Part shown: piece by piece, positions 25,701-37,700 of the stretch | How the letters are laid out: each line of letters opens with the position of its first letter | Numbering within the stretch: the first letter of the stretch is position 1 | Assembly: GCF_004010195.1 (NCBI RefSeq) | Contig: NC_057719.1 | Coordinates: 5,018,290 to 5,062,144, forward strand | Reading direction: 5' to 3' | Length of the DNA: 43,855 bases | Source of the DNA: Chiloscyllium plagiosum | Taxonomy: Eukaryota | The notes under the pieces: model-generated | The model's database searches: none | Seen by the model: only the letters and a program-made list of their open reading frames with translations | What the model was told of the DNA's origin: nothing | Made by a program: the position numbers and the translations under genes

Positions 25701-28700
25701 NNNNNNNNNNNNNNNNNNNNNNNNNNNNNNNNNNNNNNNNNNNNNNNNNNNNNNNNNNNNNNNNNNNNNNNNNNNNNNNNNNNNNNNNNNNNNGGCCACA
25801 TCGGGTGCAGCGGATACAGTAAATGATGTGTGTGGAGGTGCAGGTGAATTTGTGGCGGATATGGAAGTTTCCCTTGGGGCCTTGGAGGGAGGTGAGGGGG
25901 GAGGTGTGGGCGCAAGTTTTGCATTTCTTGCAGTTGCAGGGGAAGGTGCCGGGAGTGGAGGTTGGGTTGGTGGGGGGGGGTGTGGACCTGATGAAGGAGT
26001 CACGGAGGGAGTGGTCTTTTCGGAACACTGATAGGGGAGGGGAGGGAAATATATTTTATTTTAGATTAGGATTAATCCTCAGCACAACACGGTGGGCTTG
26101 TTCTGTGCTGTACTTTTCTATCTTCTATGTTCTAATTTAATCTAGACAAATGAGACTGCTAAGGTTTAATGCAGGAGGGAAGGAGACATTAAATGGCAGA
26201 GCCCTTGGAAGCACTAACATACAGAGGGATCTAGGCGTACACAGTTCCCTGAAAATGGCAACACAAGTAGATAAGGGGGTCAAGAAGGTAGATGGCATGC
26301 TTGCCTTCATCAGTTGCTACATCGAAGATTAAAAATTGGCAAGCCATGTTGCAGCTATGTAGAACTTTTAGTTAGGCCACATTTGGAATAATGTGTGCAG
26401 TTCTGGTCACCAGGCTAACAGAAGGATGTTCGAGGCTTTGGAGAGGGTACAGAAACAATTTACCAGAATATTGTCTGGTTTTGGAGGGGATTAGCTATGA
26501 GAAGAGATTGGACAAACTTGGTTTGTTTTCACTTGAATGTTGGAGACTGAGGGGTAACCTAACAGAGGTTTATAAAATTATGAGAGGCGTAAATAGAATG
26601 GATAGCTGGAGTCTTTTTCCAGGGATAGAAATGTCAATAGGCAATGTAGGTTTAAGATAAAGGAGAAAAATTTAAAGGAGGTAAGTTTTTTTTTTACAGA
26701 GGCTGTTAAGTGCTTGGAATGTGCTGCCAGAGGAGGTGGTGAAGGTGGATACAGTATCAGTGTTTAAGAAGAATCTTGACAAATTTTTGAGGAGGAAAGG
26801 ATTAGAGGGATTCAGACCACATAGAGGGAAAAGGGTTTTAGTTTGAAAAAGTCGTCATGTATCAGCGCAGAATTGGTGGGCCGAAGGGCCTGTTCTTGTG
26901 CTATACTGGTCTGTATTCTTTATCTTTTACTTTTTCAAACTCCCTAGATTTGAGGAAGGTTCCATTACTTTGGAGAAGTAATTCATTTACTTTAAAACAT
27001 GTGGGGGACAGAAAAGGAAACTGCAGGCTCATTGTCTTAACATTCTCCCAATGAAAGATTTTTTAAAAGCTATTACCAATGAGGTTATCATAAAACAAAG
27101 AACTGCAGATGCTGGAAATCTGAAACAAAATCAGAAGATGCTAGAGAAACACAACAGGTCTGGCAGCATCTGTGGAGAGAAAACAGATTTATTGTTGTGG
27201 GTCCAGTGAGGTTATTAAAGAGTTTGTAGCAGGGACTTGAACAAGTTCAAGGAGGTTAGACAGAAACAATAGGGTTTTGTGGAATGAATATCAATGTTTA
27301 ATCAATCTATTGGAGTTCTTTGAAGAAATAGCACATGCTGTGGTTAAAGGGGATCTGAAGGTATTAGATAAGGTGCCACACCAGAGGTTACTGCAGATAT
27401 TTATCAGACTTTTGAATGGATCTCTTTAATGTTATGTTGATCCCCCTTTCTCTGTAGCTGTAACACTGTATTCCACACTCTGTTCTGCTATCCCTGATGC
27501 ACATTGTGTGGTACGATCTGTCTGCACAGCACGCAAAGCAACACTTCTCACTGTATCTCGGTACATGTGACAGCAATAAAACAAATCAATTTAAATGCTA
27601 ATGGTGTTGAGGAAATCATATTGACCAGGATAGAAGATTGTCTGGCTAACAGGAAGCAGAAATGGGTATTTTTCAGGCTGGCAAGTCGTGTGCCGCAGGG
27701 ATCGGTGCTAGGATGTCAACTGTTTATAAGTGACTTTGTGGAACCATGACGAACACACTCAGGCTCCCCTTTATCCACAGAGCATGGTAATCCTTCAGAG
27801 AATTGCAATGGATTGGTTAAACATTTCCCTTTTGCAAAACCACTCCGACTCTTCCCCATAACCTTGAGTTTTCTCAAGTGTCCAGTTATAATATCCGTAG
27901 TAATTGATCCGAACACCTTCCCCATAACATATATCAAACAAACTGGCTTATAGTTTCCTGTTTACTGCTGCCTTTAATCGCACAGTTATATTTGCTACTA
28001 TCCAATATAAAGGAGCTGTTCTGGAATCAAATAAATTTTGGAAAATGACCAGCGATGCGTCTGCTACCACATTAGGCATCTCTGTTGTAACACTGGCCTT
28101 CAGGATCCAGAGATATATCACTCACATCTCCATCACTTTGTTCAGTACTACCTACCTAGTTCTATTTCTCCCCTTGCCTCCCCAAACCCCCACTCACTCA
28201 TCCTCAATTTTCTTACTTGTCCACCTCCCATCCTCTCCCTCCCTATACCTGGGGTGGCACGGTGGCTCAGTGGTTAGCACTGCTTCCTCACAGTGCCAGG
28301 GACCCAGGCTCGATTACAGCAGTGGGCGACTGTCTGGGTGGAGTTTGCACGTTGTCCCGGTGTCTGTGTGGGTTTCCTCCAGGTACTCTGGTTTCCTCCC
28401 ACAGACCAAGGATGTGCAGGTTCGGTGGATTGGCTATGATAAATTGCCCATAGTGTCCAGGAAGGTGTAGGTTAGCCATGGGGAAATGCAGTATTATACG
28501 GTAAGGGGAGTTGGGTTTGGGTGGGATACTCTTTGGAGAGTAGGTGTGGACTTGATGGACCAGATGGCCTGCTTCCACACTATAGGGATTCAATGATTCT
28601 CTCTGATAATTACACACTCTCCTCTGCTCCACTTAGCCCATTCCCACTTCCTTCTGCTCCAGCCTTTCTGTCCTCCAAACCCAATCCCATGCAACCCTTC

Positions 28701-31700
28701 CCACACCTCCATCCATCCTATCCCATTATGTTTGCAACATTTTCAGCTGTTTCACAGATTGAAGACTGAGAATGTGTCTGAGTTGGTGGAAATTGTTAGG
28801 TTTGAGTGAAATCATGGCCATTCTGCCAATTTTGACTGTGTTTAGTTTTTTGATGGGTGGATCTGGGTTCTTTCAATATCCAAACATATAGAACAATAGA
28901 TGCTTCCTGCTTTAGCTACGGGTCATTGCGTTCTAAAACGATGACAGTTTTAATGCGGACTTTGAAGTGACGGTGGGACATTTTGCTCTGTTGCAGGTGG
29001 AGAATTCGACTTTGAATTCCCAGGGTGCAGCTCTGATGGGTCAGAATGCCACCCTGCAGAACCTGCAGTCCAGCCTGGAGAGCGAGATTGAGAAACTGAC
29101 TCGGCAGAAGGAGGAAATGAAGGCCACCTATGACTCTCTGCTGCAGGATCATGAGCGACTGATGGGGCTGAATGAGCGTCAGTCCACTGAGTGCGAGACA
29201 CTGATCAGTCAACAGGCTGGCCTGAAGGCAGCATACAAGAACCTGGAGTCACAGCATAAAGACCTGGAGCAAAGGTGACACAATCACTGCTCAGAAGATC
29301 CAACGCTGGAATAATTATGTGGTTGTCTTTGACCAGCACAGAAATGATGGGCTGAAAGGCCTTGCTTTTCCATGCTATAGATTTCTGTGATTGTGTGAGG
29401 GTTCTGACTACAAAAAAGCATGTACCCCCTTGGTGTCCCTCCGAGTTTAGAACAATGAGATGTGATTCTTTTACGGTTCTTTCGTAGGGTTTGAATGTCA
29501 CCTGCTGTGGGTCTGGAGTTACCTGGATGCTAGACCAGCCCCTCAGCAAGGGCATTAATGATTGGCTAAAATTCATCAATTTTAGCAGCCTCCATCCAAT
29601 TGCACTGCCAGTGATGATCGGTTATGTTTCTGTTTTTAGCTCGAGCCAAATCGAACCAGATGGGGTTTTTTTTTTTTGCAACAATCAATAATGCTTGTTA
29701 TGGTCACCCATTGCTAACAGTAGCTTTTAATTCCTGAATTTAAATTTTCACCAGCTGCCATACAACCCAGAGGTCTCTATTCTTCCTCCACCCTCTCCCC
29801 CAGCGTTAGCCTGCACCCCTGGATTACCATGATGCTGCACCATTACCACCCAGGGATAATTGATAGGGGAGTTCTGAATGGGACAAAGGAATTCCAGGAA
29901 AACTGAGCACTGTCCACATGACAGAAGGAACTGGGCTTCATTACCAGCTGGTTTCGGAGCAATACCCAACAAAGGTCCGTCAAGTAAAAGCAAAATACCT
30001 CAGATGCTGGAAATCCAAACCAAACACTGAGAATGCTGGAGAAACTCAGCAGATCTCACAGCATCTGAGGGGGGAGAGAGACGGTGTTAATATTTTGAGT
30101 CAGGTATGACTCCTTCAGAGGATCCTGAAGAAAAGCCGTACCAGACTCGCAACGTTACCTCTGTTTCTGCCTCCATAGGCGCTGGCAGACCTGTCGAGTT
30201 TTTCCAGCATTTTCGGTGTTTGTTTCAAAAGACCTTCGGTCTCTGATTGAAAACTTCAGCCATGTCCCCAACAAGTTTTAAACAGGGAGAATGTGTTTAA
30301 GATTATGCAGAGAATTGTTTTCGGATATTTTAGTTCTTAATCAGTCTGCCCCTGGTTGTAGATTCTACTCTGCCATCAGAGCAAATAACTACTGGCTATA
30401 ATTCATCATTTTGAACAAACTCATCCAATTGCACAGTCAATGATGGCCAATTATATTTCTGTTTTTAACTCTAACCAAGTTTATTGAATTTGACTGAAGC
30501 ACTCCTGATTAGCCAGCGTGCCCCTCTCTTTCCCTGTGGCACAGTTTGGGCTGGTTGAGTGTTGGACTGTTTGACCATCTCCTGGTCCTGTCTGTGTCTT
30601 TGTCCCTCCCTTGGGGGTCGCTCCTGGTCTGACGCAGCCATGTGAGCTCTCCCTGCTTTGTGCCTCTCCTTCACAGGTACAGGGGCCTGCTGAAACAGAA
30701 GAGGGAGATGGAGGAGTTGGACTCCACACTGAGAGACCAGCACGAGAGCCTGCAGCGAGAGACCAAGAGGAGTGCAGCCATTGCAGAGGAGAACAGACAG
30801 CTACACACTGACCTGAACAGGTGAGACATCTAGTGACCATAGAGTCATGGGTGAAGGAGGGGACTTAGTGAGGGGGGTGCAGGAGGGGTTGGGGTGTCTG
30901 AATAGAGTGTCTGTCTGTCCGAGACCGGGTCTGCCCAGGAAAGCTATAGCTCAGGCTTAGGACTTGCAAGAATAAGCAAATTTTCTTGATCCTCCTTCAG
31001 TCTACCATTAGGAAACAGGAAGTGTGCTTCCAGAGATGCCATGGGAAACAGTATAAATACTTAGGAACATAGGGACTGGAGTAGACCATTCAGCCCATCG
31101 AATCTGCCCTGCCATTCAATATAATCATTGTTGACAGAACACTTCAGTGCCTTTTACCCACCCCATTCCCATAACCATGTACTCCACTAGTAATCAGAAA
31201 TCTATCAGTCTCTACCTTGAGCAAGTTCTCTTCCCATAGCCTCTGAGCAGCTTTCAAAGTCCTTCAAAGCCGATGGGTAATTTTGAAGCATAGCTAAAGT
31301 TGTGAGCGAGGAATTATAGTAAACTCCAATAAGCAGGATCCCACAAGCTGATGACCAATGTTTGCTAAGTATTGGCCAAGAGACCGGAGAAAGCTCCCCT
31401 ACCCTTCATAATGCTGCCATGGAGTCTTTCATTTCCACCTGAGAGAGCAAACAGGCCTTCAGTGCAGCATCTTATCCAGAAGGTGGCGCCCCTTGACACA
31501 GCAACACACCCTTTGTACACACTCAGAATGTCAGCCTCATTATGTGCCTGAGGAAAGTACCGGATGTAGGAATATACTGTTGAGGTGGGATCGATTGCAA
31601 TGCTGCTTCTCTGGACATGCTGCCTTTCACCCGTAGAACCTTCTAAATATCTACTCGGCCAAGCCTACTACAGATGTTGCAGCAAAATCAGAAACTGCTG

Positions 31701-34700
31701 GAGAAACTCAGCAAATCTGGCAGCATCTGTGGAGAGAGAAACAGTTAACGTTTCAGATTCAGTGACACTAGACTCAAAACGCTGACTCTGCTTTCTCTCC
31801 ATAGATACTGTCAGACCTGCTGGGTTTCACCAGCAGCTTCTGATTTTGTTTTAGATTTCCAGCATCCACAGTTCTTCAATTTACTTTAAGAATTTTGTGT
31901 GTTCAATTGATGGCAGAGTGGGCTTGAGGGTCTGTCTGGCTGACTCCTTTTCTCACGAAGTCTATCCAAGATGCCATTGAGTTGACATGGTCTTACCCTG
32001 GCTGCTTTAGGTTGAACTCAGTGAATGCCCAGTTGAAGGAGGAATATGACGGTCTGCAGACACATATCAAGGAGTTCAAGAGTGCCCTGAACAACACTGA
32101 GCTGGAGCTGACAAGGTGGCAGTCGGAGTACCACGGCTTAAAGGAGCAGCACCAGAACCTGGACATCTCTCATACCAAACTGGACAATCACTGTGAGGTA
32201 CGGGTGGGAGTCATACAACACGGAAACACATCCTTCGGTCCAACTCGTCCATGCCTACCGAGTTTCCCAAACTGAATTTTTATTTATTTTTTGGGATGTG
32301 AGTGTCGCTGACTGGGCCCAGTATTCGTGGCCTGTCCCTAGTTGTCCCTTGAAAAGGTGAAGGTGAGTGCCGTTTTGAACTGCTGCAGTCCATGTGCTGT
32401 GCGTTGACCCACAATGTCCTTAGGGAGGGAATTCCAGGATTTTGACCCAGTGACGGTGAAGGAATGGTGATATATTTTCAAGTCGGGATGGTGAGTGAGT
32501 TGGAGGGGAACTTGCAGGAGGTGGTGTTCCCATGTATTTGCTGCACTTGTCCTTCTAGATGTAAATGGTCATCGGTTTCAGCTTCAGACGACTGACTGTG
32601 TGGAGTTTGCACATTCTCCCCGTGTCTGCATGGGTTTCCTCCAGGTGCTCCAGTTTCCACCCACCGTCCAAAGATGTACAGGTTAGGGTGAATTGGCACT
32701 GAATTGTCTGTAGTGTTCAGAGAGGTGCATGCTGGGTGGATTATCCATGGTAAATGCATGGTTACATGGATAGGAGTCAGGGCTGGTCTGGGTATGGTGC
32801 TGTTCGGAGGACGGGTACGGACTCAATGGGCCAAATGGCCTCTTTCCACACTGTAAGGATCCGATGATTGTCCAGTCTCTCGATGGGATTAAACTACATC
32901 TTTTCAGGGGATTCTTCATTATTTCCTCCTCTGTCAAAGGGTCAGTATTCTTTCTAATCCAAGGTAGGTGCAGTTCACTGTTTAAAAACCCCAGTGTTTT
33001 GCACCTTAAATCATCCCCCTCGGGTCACTTCTGCAATCTTTCATTGTACCCCTCTTAACTTACCCCTCTTATTTTTCTGAACAAATAGATCTTGGAGTGC
33101 AGGTTCATAGTTCCTTGAAAGCAGAGTTGATAGCAGACAAGATAGTGAAGAAGGTATTTGGTATGTTTGCCTCTATTGGTTGGTGCGTTGAGTATAGGAG
33201 TTAGAAGGTCATGTTGCAGCTGTACAAGACATTGGTGAGGCCACTTTTGGAATAATGTGTGCAATTCTTGAAAGGGTACTGAAAAGATTTACAAGTATGT
33301 TGCCAGGGTTGGAGGAAATGAGCCATAGGGAGAGGCTAAATAGGCTAGGGCTGTTTTCCCTGGAGCATCGGAGGGTGAGGGGTGACCTTAGAGGTATATA
33401 AAATCTGAGGGGCATAGATAGGGTAAGTAGACCAAGTCTTTACCTGAGGTGGGGGAGTTCAGAACTAGAGGGTATAGGTTTAGGGTGAGAGGGGAAAGAT
33501 GTAAAAGGGACCTAAGGGGCAATGTTTTCACAGTGGTGGAGGTTGGTACAATTACAACATTTAAAAGGCATTTGGATGGGTATATGAATAGGAAAAGGTT
33601 AAAGAGATATAGGTCAAATGCTGACAAATGGGACTGGATTAATTTAGGATATCTGGTTAGCATGGATGAGTTGGACCGAAGGGTCTATTTCTGTGCTGTA
33701 CATCTGTGACTCTATGACTCCATATCATTGCAAAAAGAGACCTGTTGCTGAAGCTTTCCCTCTCACGATCGTCAGGACACATGCAAGAATACCAAAATTT
33801 CATCCTATCACAACAGTTTCTATTACAGGAGAAAAACTTGTTGATTTGTTGGCAAATTTAGCTAAGGCCTTGCTACAGAAGAAGCAGGGAACTATGGCCC
33901 CTGCTCATCTTCCAGATATTTCAAAACTGGCGCAGTGTTTGCACGTATTCACTTTTCTGCTGTCATCTAAATTGTTGTGACCATTTGAAATTTGGAATTC
34001 TTGCATTTGTGCTGGTAAGTGCAGAGCTAAAAAACAGAAACAAGTTGCTGAAGTTTTGTCAGCAAGATTTGAGGTTTGTATACAGAGCAATCTTCCTTCT
34101 GTTTAAATGTATCCACAGCATTCGCCTCAAACACTTGCACGTTCCCATCTCTCTCACTCTCACGTGTCCCTACCGCCGTTTTGAACCATTTGCGCGCTCA
34201 GTGAAAAAGGTTCAGTTCCCCTCTCACCTGGCAGTCCTCACCTTTTCTCTCTTTGTTTCTCTTCTTGCAAAAGCTGCTGACCCAGCTGAAGGGAAACCTG
34301 GAGGAGGAGAACCACTATTTGCTGAGTCAAGTTCAAATGCTGAATCAGCAGAACCAAAACCTCCTCGAGCAGTCCATGGAGAGCAAGGAACACTACCATG
34401 AAGAGCAGAAGCAGTATATGTGAGTGAAGAGGTCCTTTAATCAGTGGGGGTGTTCGTCATGGCTGTTTGGCCCATCCATCCTGTACTAGATCATAATTAC
34501 AGAATCTCTGTGCTGTTGTATTCAAGTTTATTTTAATTGTATTTTTCTGTGGGGTGCGCAGTTTCTTCCTTAAGGCTGGCATTAGTTGCTCACCTCTCCT
34601 TGCCCTTGAATGAATTGGCTTGCTCGGCCATTTCAGTTACTGTAGGGCTGGAGTCACATGTAGACTAGACCAGGTAAGGACAACAGATTTCCTGCCAAAA

Positions 34701-37700
34701 AATCATTAATGAATTGGTGAGGTTTTACAATAATCGATAATATTTACGTAGGCGCTATCACCAAGTCTTGATTTCAATTCCAGATTTATTAATTGAATTT
34801 TAATTCCACCGGCTGTGATTGTAGGATTTGAACCATGTGCCCAGAGCATTAGTGTGGGCCTTTGGAATTACTGATCATTACTGATCAGTATTACGATTCT
34901 GTTAGCAGAGGGGTTGGCAGTGTCAATACTGAGGGTCTGTTACCACTCTGTGAGAGAATCTGCAATGAGGGCTCAGAGTCTGAGTAAGGGGTCTACTATT
35001 TAGGACTGAAAGAAGGAGCAAATATTTTACTCACACACACAGCCTCTGGATGATCCTACCCCAGAGGCCTCTCTGTGCCTAAGTTGCTCAGTAGAGAGAG
35101 ATGGTGATGTGATGGTAATGTCACTGGACTAGAAATCACGATGTTCAGACTAATACTCTGGAGACATGTTCAATTCCACCATTGGGAAGGCCTATGAATG
35201 CTAGCTAGCCAGTGACGCCCAAGTCCCATGTGAGAATAAAAAACAAAGTAAAGCTGGTGTGATGGATACACCTGGAGTTGAAAACTAGTCTCATTGATGA
35301 CGACCATGAAGCCATTATGGATTGGTATAAAAACCCATCTGGTTCACTAATGCCCTTTGGGGGCTGCAATCTGCTGTCTTTGCCAGTCCTGGCTAACAAG
35401 AGAGTGCAGACCCACTTCAATGTGGTTGACTCTGAAATGTTTAGAGAGAGCCACTCGGTTCAGGTACGGGCAACAAATACTGGCCTGGCCTGGCCAATGA
35501 TGCCCACATCCCATGAAAGAATCAATATTCCAAGACTATGATTGATACATTTTTGGGCTGTAAATGAATCAAAGGATATGGTAGGCCTGTCCAGTTATTT
35601 TTGGAACATCAGCAATTATTGAATGGAAGGGCAAACTCATGGGGCCTTTTCACCTACTCCTGCTCCTGTTTCTTATGATCTGTTTGTGTAACATGGAAGT
35701 TAGAGTAAGTGTAGATGGTAGAATAAAATTACAAAGTGATATTGATAATCTAGATGAATGAGATGGATTTCAGTATCGGTTATCCATTTTGGACAGAGAA
35801 AGGATGGATCACGGTACCTTCTGGATGGTAGCAAGTTTAAGTACAGTTTATGTCGAAGAGACTTGGGGTTCAGGTGCATTGATATTTGAAATGCCATGAA
35901 CAGGTGCAGACAATAATCAAGGATGCTAATAGAACGCTGGCTTTAATATTGAATGGACTGGAGTGAAAGGACGTAGAAGTTGTTCTGCAGTTAGACAAAG
36001 CCCTGGTTTGACCCTACTTGGAGTACTATGAGTAGGTCTGGGCAGCACACTATAGGAAGGAGATGTTTGGCCTGACAGCACCTTCCAAACCCACGACCAC
36101 TTCCATCTAGAAGGACAAGGGCAGCAGATACATGGGAACACCACCCACTGCAAGTTCCCCTCCAAGTCACACACCATCCTGGCTTGGAAAATATCGCCGT
36201 TCCTTCAGTGTGGCTGGGTCAGAATCCTGGAATTCCCTCCCTAAGGGCATTGTGGGTCTACCTATGGCACATGGACTTCAGCGGGTCAAGAAGGCAGCTC
36301 ACCCCCACCTTCTCAAGGGGCAACTAGGGCAATGAATTTTAAAGGAACGTACGTTTACAGGAATGATACCTGGACTTTAGGAGGTAGACACGGACATACA
36401 CAGAGTCACTCTCTGATGCGCATGCAGACAACGACACATACCTGGGGTGTGAAGCTAATGAGGGATTTGGGATGGTTGGTGTGGAGGTGAGGGATGAGTG
36501 GTAAAGCAGTTCCTGCCTTCTCATCTGAGGTGTGGTGATTTCTTCTCTCCCTTCCTTCTCTCCCTTCTTTCCCTTTCTCCCCCCCCCCCCCACACACTCC
36601 CTTATCTCTCCCCCTCTCCCATGAAGGGATGTCTGGGTACACTGGGATCACATTATTGTCCTGTGAGTATATTGGTTGTCGGAAGAGTGCCCTCACTGAA
36701 ATGTCCAAGATTCTGAAGGGGTTGGACAGAATAAATACTGGGCGATTTGGGGCCTTTTCACAGATCTTCCAAGGAGCTAAACAATTAACTCTACACACCA
36801 CAGCCCACACCCTAACCCCACCAACTCTCTTCCCCATCTATTTACTTAGTCCTGAATGGTGACCTTGAGTTGTGGAGATTCTGTTGATGAATTATTGATT
36901 CTCAGAATTGCTCTGGTACAGGAGGAGGCCATTTGGCCCATCATGCCAGTACCATCTCTCTGAGCATTTTGACTTGGTCCCAGTCTCCTTGCCAAATGGC
37001 CGACTGTGGGTCCAAGTACCTATGTTTTTCCCTGTAATCCTGCCCATTGTTTCTATTTAAATTATCATTGAACCCCTCTCCACCACAATTCCAGGCAGTG
37101 CATTCCACACCCAGATCACATGCTGTGCGAGAACATTTTTCCTCCCCCCTTTGCATTTACTACTTTTGCAAATCATTTAAATCTGTGTGGATTCCTGTTC
37201 CTGATCTAGCTGTAAGCGGGGGAAGAAAATCTGCCCACCCGCTCAGAAATTTGAATAGGTTCATGAATAGGAAAGGTTTGGAGGAATATGGGATGAGTTT
37301 AGTTTGGCAACTGGTTGAACTGAAGGGTCTGTTTCCATGCTGCTATGACTCTATACTCTGTCCAGATCCCTCGTGGTTTTGAATGCATGTAAAGTTGGGA
37401 TATCACACTTTTGACTTCCCCACAGGACCAGTGTAGATCGGCAGTGAGGGGGGAGTAAGTGGATTTGAGGCATACATTAGCTCTGATTGAATTGAATGGT
37501 TGAAGAGATGCAAGGGGCTGATTTGTCTACTCCCGCTCCTAGACTCCATACAATGCCTACAGTACGGTAGCAGACCATTCGGCCTATTGAGTCCACACTG
37601 ACCCTCTGAAGCACATCTCATCCAGACCCCCTACCTTATAACTCTGCATTTCCCATGCTAATTGCTAATCTACACATCCCTCCAAAGGCTAATTCTCCTA

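Noticed and set aside
25409..26031. Long ORFs of 122-194 aa
   Set aside because: Inflated by the N run; only the minus-strand Penelope fragment is meaningful.
28916..29212. Antisense ORFs over exons (also 30471-30840 and 39170-39488)
   Set aside because: Shadow ORFs of coiled-coil coding exons; no independent gene structure.
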